A DNA stretch of 44,643 nt from Actinomycetota bacterium (GTDB taxonomy: Bacteria; Actinomycetota; Acidimicrobiia; Acidimicrobiales; Aldehydirespiratoraceae), in the NCBI GenBank assembly GCA_039815945.1, contig JBCBYI010000002.1, positions 1 to 44,643 on the forward strand. Direction: 5' to 3'. Numbering within the stretch: the stretch's first letter is position 1; each line of letters begins with the position of its first letter. A program made the translations under genes and the position numbers. A model generated the notes under the pieces. The model saw only the letters and a list, made by a program, of their open reading frames with translations, was not told where the DNA came from and made no database searches. Below, in pieces: positions 1 to 6,438 of this stretch.

Positions 1-187
1 CGACGAACGCGAGGCGGGCCGCCGGCACGGCGACTTCCTTGCCCTTGTCGTCGGTGAGCCACAGCACGCCCTCGCCACCGCTGATGGCGGTGTCGATCCG
101 GGCCTTTAGATCGTCACGGTCGGTATCTTCGGGCAGTTGCAGCACGATGGGCTGGGGATTGTCGGTGACGCCAATGCGAATGTCCAC
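1..187 (-). CDS. DUF3107-family protein. Only the N-terminal part is in the window; the gene runs off the left edge.
   Basis: Absent from the ORF track because it is truncated. Reverse-strand translation from the GTG at 185-187 reads VDIRIGVTDNPQPIVLQLPEDTDRDDLKARIDTAISGGEGVLWLTDDKGKEVAVPAARLAFV. This matches the conserved actinobacterial DUF3107 N-terminus (x-V-K-I-G-V ... L-T-D-x-K-G ... V-P-a-x-x-i-A-Y-V). Confidence 0.7.
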   Translation of the reverse strand, partial: MDIRIGVTDNPQPIVLQLPEDTDRDDLKARIDTAISGGEGVLWLTDDKGKEVAVPAARLAFV

Positions 188-215
188 GGTGGAAGTTCTC
201 CGGTTCGGGGTGTGA

Positions 216-1358
216 TCAGCCGTTGATCTTGAGTTCGGGATGGGTGCGCTTGCTCGGTCCGTGCGCGAGCACCCACTTTGCCATCTCGACGAAGGCGAGC
301 GACGACTCGTCGTCGGGGGCGACCGCCATGACGGGTCGGCCCTGGTCGGAGCCCTCCCGCATCGGCATGGTCATCGGGACCTGCCCGACAAGGTCCACCT
401 CGAGGCGATCGGCGAGATCCTTGCCGCCGCCGGCACCGAAGAGGTGGTAGCGCTTGCCGTCGTCGCCGGTGAACCACGACATGTTCTCGATGACGCCCTT
501 CACCTTGATGTTGACCTGGTCGAACATGAACGCCGACCGCTGAGCGACCTTCTGCGCAGCCGGGTTGGGCGTCGTGACGACGAAGGCCTCGGCGGTTGGC
601 AAGAACGACGCCAACGACAGCGAGATGTCGCCCGTGCCGGGCGGCAGGTCGACGAGGAGGAAGTCGGGCTCGTCCCAGAAGACGTCGGTGAGGAACTGCT
701 CGAGCGCCTTGTGCAGCATCGGGCCACGCCAGATGACGGGCTGGTCCTCCTGGGCGAAGAAGCCCATCGAGATGCAACGCACGCCGTGAGTGGTGGGCGG
801 CACGATCATGTCGTCGATGACGACCGGCGCGTGCTCGACACCGAGCATGCGCGGGATCGAGAAGCCCCAGACGTCGGCGTCGACCACGGCGACCGACTTG
901 CCCTGGTCGGCCAGCGCGATGGCGAGGTTGGCGGTGACCGAGGACTTGCCCACACCACCCTTGCCGGACGCGATCAGCAGCACCCGGGTGCGGTTGCCGG
1001 CTTCGGCGAAGGGGATGGCCCGGCCCTCGGCGTGGCCGTGGGCGGCCTGAGAGCCGGCGGTGGCGGCCGGGTCGCCGTGCAGCATCTCGCGCACGTGCGC
1101 GCGCTGTTCGTCGGTCATGACACCGAAGTCGATGCTCACCAGGTTGACGCCGTCGAGGGCGGTGACGGCCTCGGTGACCTCGGTCTGGATCTGGTTGCGC
1201 AGCGGGCAGCCTGCGATCGTCAGGTCGATCCCGACCTCGACGTGACCGCCGTCGATCGTGGTGGAGCGGACCATGCCGAGGTCAACGATGCTGCGGTGCA
1301 ACTCCGGATCCTGCACCGGACGCAGGGCATCGATGACGGCGGCTTCGGTGACGGACAT
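216..1358 (-). CDS. mrp: Mrp/ApbC/NBP35-family P-loop ATPase with an N-terminal DUF59 domain (putative Fe-S cluster carrier)
   Basis: 380-aa ORF. It has a DUF59-like N-terminus (VIDALRPVQDPELHRSIVDLGMV ... AGCPL) and the deviant Walker A of ParA/Mrp ATPases (IASGKGGVGKSSVTANLA). The ENMS motif is present (VIENMSWFTGDDGKRYHLFGAGGG). SD-like GGAG lies 8 nt upstream of the ATG. The CxxC usually found after ENMS in ApbC/Nbp35 is absent. Confidence 0.92.
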   Translation of the reverse strand: MSVTEAAVIDALRPVQDPELHRSIVDLGMVRSTTIDGGHVEVGIDLTIAGCPLRNQIQTEVTEAVTALDGVNLVSIDFGVMTDEQRAHVREMLHGDPAATAGSQAAHGHAEGRAIPFAEAGNRTRVLLIASGKGGVGKSSVTANLAIALADQGKSVAVVDADVWGFSIPRMLGVEHAPVVIDDMIVPPTTHGVRCISMGFFAQEDQPVIWRGPMLHKALEQFLTDVFWDEPDFLLVDLPPGTGDISLSLASFLPTAEAFVVTTPNPAAQKVAQRSAFMFDQVNIKVKGVIENMSWFTGDDGKRYHLFGAGGGKDLADRLEVDLVGQVPMTMPMREGSDQGRPVMAVAPDDESSLAFVEMAKWVLAHGPSKRTHPELKING

Positions 1359-1410
1359 GGGGCAACTCCAGGGCAGAACGCAGTCGGGGGAAGGGCAGCG
1401 GGAATTTCTC

Positions 1411-1426
1411 CTACCGCCGTAGGTAG
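1411..1426. promoter_or_regulatory. Inverted repeat CTACC-N6-GGTAG in the mrp / regulator divergent spacer (candidate operator)
   Basis: The sequence ctaccgccgtaggtag has 5-bp arms that are exact reverse complements. Its right arm overlaps the putative -10 hexamer TAGAAT of the downstream regulator gene. Confidence 0.3.
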
Positions 1427-1429
1427 AAT
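1424..1429 (+). promoter_or_regulatory. Putative -10 hexamer TAGAAT (TANNNT), 6 nt upstream of the GTG start at 1436 (leaderless-type arrangement)
   Basis: tagaat at 1424-1429, followed by tatcgc, then GTG at 1436. There is no room for a Shine-Dalgarno sequence. The spacing fits a transcription start at or next to the start codon. Confidence 0.4.
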
Positions 1430-1435
1430 ATCGCC

Positions 1436-2212
1436 GTGGACACCGTCTCCCCTAGCCCGGTACCGACCGGTTCGGCGGCTTCGAGCCCCGATGGTCGACG
1501 TGACCTGACGCCGACCGAGTTCGCCTCGACCGTCACGGCGATCACGGCGGCCTTCGGCGACCCGACCCGCCGCGACATCTTCTTGTTCGCGCACGCGAGC
1601 GAACACGGGGTCACCGCGGCGGAGACCGCCAAGCAGTTCGACCTGCACGCCAACGTCGCCCGCCACCATCTCGACAAGCTGGCGTCCGGGGGCTATCTCG
1701 TCGTCGAGATGGCCAAGCCGAGCGGCGGCGTCGGTCGTCCCTCGAAGCGCTACACGACCACCGACGAACAGGTGCACCTCGAGGTCGACGTCCGCCAAGA
1801 CGACATCCTGGTCGCACTGCTCGGGCGGGCGTTGCGCATGCTCCCCGCCGAGGTGGCCGAGCAGATGGCCGAAGAGGTTGGCCTCGAATACGGCAAGGCG
1901 ATGGCCGAGACTCTCGAGCCGTCCTCGACCCACCGCTCGTTCCAGGGCGCCCTGCACGCGATCGCCGACGCCCTCTCGGCCCATGGCTTCGCCGCTCGCG
2001 CCGAGCAGGCCGACGACGACGAGGAACTCCAGATCGTCGCCGAGCACTGCCCGTTCGGCGATGCCGTCGTCGAACACCCCGTGATCTGTGCGGTCGATCG
2101 GGGCATCGTGAAGGGCATGCTCGCCCACATGATCGGCTCGACTCCCGGCGCCGACACCGCGTCGTCGCTCGCCCAGGGTGACGACGTCTGCGTCACCCAC
2201 GTCTCGCTCTGA
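1436..2212 (+). CDS. ArsR/SufR-like winged-helix transcriptional regulator with a C-terminal Cys-containing sensor domain
   Basis: 258-aa ORF. ArsR-type HTH: FGDPTRRDIFLFAHASEHGVTAAETAKQFDLHANVARHHLDKLASGGYLVV ... GRPSKRY. The C-terminal domain has HCPFGDAVVEHPVIC (C-X12-C) plus a third Cys (DDVCVTHV). It is divergently paired with mrp. Confidence 0.75.
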   Translation: MDTVSPSPVPTGSAASSPDGRRDLTPTEFASTVTAITAAFGDPTRRDIFLFAHASEHGVTAAETAKQFDLHANVARHHLDKLASGGYLVVEMAKPSGGVGRPSKRYTTTDEQVHLEVDVRQDDILVALLGRALRMLPAEVAEQMAEEVGLEYGKAMAETLEPSSTHRSFQGALHAIADALSAHGFAARAEQADDDEELQIVAEHCPFGDAVVEHPVICAVDRGIVKGMLAHMIGSTPGADTASSLAQGDDVCVTHVSL

Positions 2213-2222
2213 GCGATCCTGC

Positions 2223-2720
2223 TCAGCCGACGGGTGCGTCGACCCGGTCGGCCGCCCGGCGCACCGAGCGGCGCCGTTCCCAACCGACTTGCAACCAGTC
2301 CTGGACCACTCGCCGGTCGCGTCCGCTGCGCCGTTCGATCTGGCCCGACGTCGAAGTCAGGTCGATCGAATGCTCCAGGTCGTGGAGCTTGTCGCCCAGC
2401 AGGTGGAGGTCATCGCGCCCGATCACGCCGGCGACGCCGAGCGTGCTCGTGGCCGACGGCGACCAGTGCTGGGTGACGATCAAGAGAATGCGAGCCGAAG
2501 GGGCCATCCGCCCGAGCCGCTCGACCATGCCGACGTCGGGCTCGCCCGGGAGGTCGTTCTCGACGACGATCACCTCGGGCTGGAAGTGCTCGACGAGGCG
2601 TTCGCCGTTGACGGAGGTGTCGGCCGCGCCGACGACGACCAGGCCGGCCTCGGTCACGAGTCGCTCGATCAGCGCGATGTGGGTCGAGACGATGACGACG
2701 GTTCGCTTGGCATCATCCAT
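2223..2720 (-). CDS. Stand-alone receiver (REC)-like domain protein with an Arg-rich C-terminal tail (atypical response regulator)
   Basis: The ORF is 2223-2768. The preferred start is the ATG at 2718-2720 (MDDAKRTVVIV), with AAGGAG 8 nt upstream. The CheY-like pattern is VVIVSTH ... EVIVVENDLPG ... ARILLIVTQ. The phospho-acceptor Asp is plausible (END), but the N-terminal acidic pair is ST and the conserved Lys position reads R. The tail is ERRSGRDRRVVQDWLQVGWERRRSVRR. Confidence 0.65.
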   Translation of the reverse strand: MDDAKRTVVIVSTHIALIERLVTEAGLVVVGAADTSVNGERLVEHFQPEVIVVENDLPGEPDVGMVERLGRMAPSARILLIVTQHWSPSATSTLGVAGVIGRDDLHLLGDKLHDLEHSIDLTSTSGQIERRSGRDRRVVQDWLQVGWERRRSVRRAADRVDAPVG

Positions 2721-2793
2721 GGCACCACTCCTTGCCCTATCCTGCCTGCCATCGGTCACCTGCGACATGAGGCGTATGGCCCATCCGGGCCGC

Positions 2794-2799
2794 TATCTT
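2794..2799 (+). promoter_or_regulatory. Possible -10 hexamer TATCTT, 8 nt upstream of the GTG start at 2808
   Basis: gccgcTATCTTgccgggcgGTG. The hexamer fits the TANNNT pattern, but the spacing is slightly longer than in the N6 cases elsewhere in the window. Confidence 0.25.
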
Positions 2800-2807
2800 G
2801 CCGGGCG

Positions 2808-3272
2808 GTGACTCTGCATCTCGTGCGCCACGCCGCCGCCGGCGACCGATCCCGCTGGAACGGCGACGACCTCGAACGCCCCCTCGACGGGCGGGGCCAC
2901 GATCAGGCCGCCGCCCTCGTCGAGTTCTTCGCCGAGACCTCGATCCGTGGGGTGTGGTCGTCGCAGGCGACCCGGTGCACCCAGACGGTCGAGCCGCTCG
3001 CGGCTCGCCATGGACTCACCGTCGACGTGCGACGCGAACTGACCGAGGGCGCTCGCGCCAACGACCTACTCGAACTCATCCGAGCCGAAGCCCTGCTCGA
3101 CCGCGACCTCGTCATGTGCAGCCACGGCGACCTCATCCCCGAGGTGCTCAGCCGGCTCCTGCGCGAGGGCATGGCCGTCATCGGTGGGCGTGGGTGCGAG
3201 AAGGGCTCGATCTGGACCCTCGACGCACGAGGCCGCGACATCGTCAGCGGCACCTACACCGCCACGCCCTGA
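2808..3272 (+). CDS. Histidine phosphatase superfamily protein (SixA / phosphoglycerate-mutase-like)
   Basis: This is the C-terminal 154 codons of the 2178-3272 ORF, starting at GTG 2808. It has the RHG catalytic motif LHLVRHAAAG and a second His motif, VMCSHGDLIPEVL. The upstream part of the ORF overlaps the receiver gene on the other strand and has shadow-ORF composition. Confidence 0.75.
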   Translation: MTLHLVRHAAAGDRSRWNGDDLERPLDGRGHDQAAALVEFFAETSIRGVWSSQATRCTQTVEPLAARHGLTVDVRRELTEGARANDLLELIRAEALLDRDLVMCSHGDLIPEVLSRLLREGMAVIGGRGCEKGSIWTLDARGRDIVSGTYTATP

Positions 3273-3282
3273 CGCCGGACCT

Positions 3283-3969
3283 TCAGCTGTGGTTCACCGC
3301 CGCGCTGAGACGGTCGAGATCCTTCACCGCGATGCGCCGATAGCCGGTCTCGATGAGGCCCTGGGCCTCGAGCCGGCGCAGCGACTGGTTGACGCTCGTG
3401 CGACGGGCACCGAGCAGCCGGGCCAGCGTCTGCTGGCTCACGGCGATGCCCTCGACACCGGCCTCACGCAGCACCCACGACGCGACCTGCATGTCGAGGC
3501 TGCCGGCGAGCAGATCGCTCACCCGGTCCTGCATGGCCGCCATGCGTTGGGCAACCGACACCAGCCAGCGCCGCGCCAGCATCGGGCGCCGTCCGAGCAG
3601 GCCGAACAGGGTGACCGAGTCGATCGACAACACGACGCTGTCCTCGACGGCGCGGGCGGTGGTGGGCTCGCCCGAACGCAGGAAGAGCGGAATGTCGCCG
3701 AACACGCTGCCCTCGCGGAGCAACTGCACGACGACCCGGCGCCCGTTGACCTCACGGGTGAGTTCGACCGTGCCCGACCGCAGGATGTACACCCGGCTGG
3801 GGAGGGCGTGCTGTTCATAGACGTTGGTACCGCCGGCGAACGCGTGCTCGTCGAGGTGGGTCGCCAGCTCTTCGAGGTCGTCGCACGACATCGGTGCGAG
3901 CTCACCTCGTCCGAGGCAGGTGCCGAGCCAGGAGACCAGCTCGGGTGCGGGTGCGGTGGTCGTGCTCAT
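3283..3969 (-). CDS. Crp/Fnr-family transcriptional regulator (cNMP-binding domain plus C-terminal HTH)
   Basis: 228-aa ORF. cNMP-binding-like beta-roll: YILRSGTVELTREVNGRRVVVQLLREGSVFGDIPLF ... ARAVEDSVVLSI. HTH: VSQQTLARLLGARRTSVNQSLRRLEAQGLIE. GGAG lies upstream of the ATG. Confidence 0.85.
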   Translation of the reverse strand: MSTTTAPAPELVSWLGTCLGRGELAPMSCDDLEELATHLDEHAFAGGTNVYEQHALPSRVYILRSGTVELTREVNGRRVVVQLLREGSVFGDIPLFLRSGEPTTARAVEDSVVLSIDSVTLFGLLGRRPMLARRWLVSVAQRMAAMQDRVSDLLAGSLDMQVASWVLREAGVEGIAVSQQTLARLLGARRTSVNQSLRRLEAQGLIETGYRRIAVKDLDRLSAAVNHS

Positions 3970-4018
3970 GTCGATGGAACTCCGTTCCGGACGAAATCGT
4001 TCCCGATCCGACGTGAAA

Positions 4019-5296
4019 TCACTCGGCCCAGACCGTCGCGTCCGGCTCGAATGCGGCGATCGCGAACCAGAAGGTGTCGAGGTGCTCGACCGGGGTCAGG
4101 GCGGCGCCGGAGCCGTCGACGGCATCGCCGAAGATGTCGAAGGTCACGCCACTGACGGCGTCCTCGAATCCGGCGGCGGTGCGGGTCAGCTCGATCGGCT
4201 CGCCCTCGAGTTCGGCGACGAAGACCGCGGCGGCCCCCTGGTCGTACCCGAGCTCGATCTGTCCGCTGTCGAGCGGGCTCGACGTGCCGGGCTGCACGAC
4301 GGCGACGAGATCGAGGCCATGCGCATCGAAGGCCACGACACCGTCGACGAAGACGGTCTCGAGGGGGACAGCGACCGCCGGTTCGCTGTCGTCGCGGACC
4401 ACGATCACCCGCTCCTTGATGGGGAGGCGGGGGTCGGCGTCACCGTCGAACAAGAACGCGACCCCGTCGGGGTCGTCATAGCCGACGTAGGGATTGCGGC
4501 CGTAGTCACGGGTGAAGCCGGTGTCTCGGGTCAAGACGAGGCCGTCGGGATGGGCGTCTCGGAAGTCCTGCCACGACGTCGTCTGGATCGAGAAGGTCTC
4601 GAGTCGCTCGCCGGTGAGGTGACCGACGACGGCTCGACTGTCGAAGTGGGTCCAGAGCGACTCGGTCTGGCGGTCGTACATGACGAGCGAGGAGTTGAAC
4701 AGCTCACCCGAGGTGCCGAAGTCGAGGATGCGATCGCCGAGTCGGCGGTCGTACGCGAGGGCCGAGTTGCACAGCGGGCAGTACGCAACCGCGACGGGAA
4801 CACTGCCGACGACGTCGTTGACGATCTCGTGCCACGTCATCACCTGCACCGGATAGGCGCGGGCGTCACCCTCGAGTTCGAGCACGATCACCGGCTCGAC
4901 GGCGGTCAGCCAGTCGACCGATGCGGCCGACTGGAAGCGCGGCTCGTCGATCGGCGGGATGCCGTCGGGCGGCGGGCCGCCCGACAGGACCCGATCGAGC
5001 GGGATGAGCGGGGCGGGGAACGCCGGGTCGAGACGATCACCGCGCAGCGCCGACGGCACCCGCTCACGCTCGGTGGAGGCGATCCGTTCCACCTCGATCG
5101 CCGCGGACGAGGCATCGGGGTCGAGGGCTGGCAGGTGCGCGCCGTCGGAGCCGGTCGAGGTCCGGAAGCCGGACGCTCCCGCGTCGGCATCGGTGGCGGG
5201 TGACGCCGCCTCGGTCACCGGATCATCGGTCGAGCCACAGGCGGCGGCCAGGATGGTCAGGGCGATCAGGAGCGCGGGCAGGGTTCGTGTTCGCAC
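4019..5296 (-). CDS. DUF3179 domain-containing lipoprotein
   Basis: 425-aa ORF with a GTG start. Lipoprotein signal: LLIALTILAAAC. DUF3179 hallmarks: DGIPPIDEPRF ... VAVAYCPLCNSALAYDR ... FGTSGELFNSSLVMYDRQTESLW. Confidence 0.8.
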   Translation of the reverse strand: MRTRTLPALLIALTILAAACGSTDDPVTEAASPATDADAGASGFRTSTGSDGAHLPALDPDASSAAIEVERIASTERERVPSALRGDRLDPAFPAPLIPLDRVLSGGPPPDGIPPIDEPRFQSAASVDWLTAVEPVIVLELEGDARAYPVQVMTWHEIVNDVVGSVPVAVAYCPLCNSALAYDRRLGDRILDFGTSGELFNSSLVMYDRQTESLWTHFDSRAVVGHLTGERLETFSIQTTSWQDFRDAHPDGLVLTRDTGFTRDYGRNPYVGYDDPDGVAFLFDGDADPRLPIKERVIVVRDDSEPAVAVPLETVFVDGVVAFDAHGLDLVAVVQPGTSSPLDSGQIELGYDQGAAAVFVAELEGEPIELTRTAAGFEDAVSGVTFDIFGDAVDGSGAALTPVEHLDTFWFAIAAFEPDATVWAE

Positions 5297-5457
5297 GGGG
5301 CCGGAACCCGCCTCGCCGGTGTCGGCTTCCCGGGAATGCCGCCAGGGTCGACGAGTGTTCTCCAGGCGACGCTTCGGAACCGTGCGACGATACGACCTGG
5401 TTCCACCGACACCTTCCAGCCGGAACGCCCGCTGATGTCCAGCCAGAAAGCCCTCCG

Positions 5458-6423
5458 ATGTCCCTCGCCCACGATCCCGCCGCCGAAGCCGCCGAACTGG
5501 TCGGCCCCGACATCACGGTGCGCGTGCTCGAACCGTCGCCGCCGACCGTGCACGACGGACCGTTCTTCGCCGACGACCCGGCCACCGCGGGCACCAGCGA
5601 CCAACCGGTCGTCACGCCGACGAGTGGCGGTGACCTCACGTGGGACGACCTGCTCGCCGAGCGACCGGAGCTCGCCGACTTCGCCGCCGAGCGGTGGCTG
5701 GGCAACCGGGGACGACTCCCTGCGGTGCCGGCGAACTACCCGGTGGCCCGAGACGCCTTTCACCGACTCGCCTACGGCGTGGTCGCCGAGGCCCGGAAGC
5801 GAGCGAACACGAAGTTCGGTCTTCGGTACACGCGAGGCGGCTTCGGCACGCCCTTCTTCGGCGACGACGAACAGGTGCGGGTCGAGGGCACCCGGCTGAT
5901 CCATCAGCGGGCCGGCGACGCCGACGCGATCGAGATCACCACCCTGCGGGCCGCCGCCGACTTCCTCGGCGTCGAGCCGTGCGCCGACGCCGCCGAGCAC
6001 GACTCGCCCGAGCTCGGCGACCACGACGAGGTGCTCGCCGTCACCGAGGAGACCGGCGTGTTCCTCGGCGCCTGGTTCGGGCTCGCCTGGGCCGTGATCG
6101 AGGAGCTGCGGCTCACGCCCGGCGCCCACGACGTCGAACGCACCCAGCTCTGGCCCGGCCACTTCGACCCGGCGATCGCGATGGGCGACGCCGAGGTCGG
6201 TGGCCGAGCCACCTACGGCATGTCGCCCGGCGATCACGGCCACGACGAGCCGTACCTGTACGTCGGGGCCTGGGGCGAGGTCGACCGCGACGACCCCTAT
6301 TGGAACGAGACCAGCTTCAACGGCGCGGCGATGTCGTTCGCCGACCTCGCTGCGGCCGACGATCCGTTCGTCGCCGCCCTCACGTTCTTTCGCACCGGCT
6401 ACGTGTCACTCAACCCCGACTGA
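5458..6423 (+). CDS. Hypothetical protein (conserved-looking, no family recognised)
   Basis: In-frame ATG at 5458 (MSLAHDPAAEAAEL) within the 5200-6423 ORF. The codon bias is coding-like throughout. I recognise no motif. The upstream part of the ORF is Arg/Pro-rich shadow-type sequence. Confidence 0.6.
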   Translation: MSLAHDPAAEAAELVGPDITVRVLEPSPPTVHDGPFFADDPATAGTSDQPVVTPTSGGDLTWDDLLAERPELADFAAERWLGNRGRLPAVPANYPVARDAFHRLAYGVVAEARKRANTKFGLRYTRGGFGTPFFGDDEQVRVEGTRLIHQRAGDADAIEITTLRAAADFLGVEPCADAAEHDSPELGDHDEVLAVTEETGVFLGAWFGLAWAVIEELRLTPGAHDVERTQLWPGHFDPAIAMGDAEVGGRATYGMSPGDHGHDEPYLYVGAWGEVDRDDPYWNETSFNGAAMSFADLAAADDPFVAALTFFRTGYVSLNPD

Positions 6424-6438
6424 GGCGAGGCCGGTCGC

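Noticed and set aside
240-1508. A 422-aa plus-strand ORF that overlaps the entire mrp gene and runs into the regulator gene.
   Set aside because: It is antisense to a gene with an unambiguous P-loop/Mrp signature, and its composition is typical of a GC-rich shadow frame.
2178-2807. The N-terminal 210 codons of the 364-aa ORF that ends as the SixA-like phosphatase.
   Set aside because: This part overlaps the receiver-domain gene on the opposite strand and has shadow composition. The phosphatase fold begins at the RHG motif immediately after the GTG at 2808.
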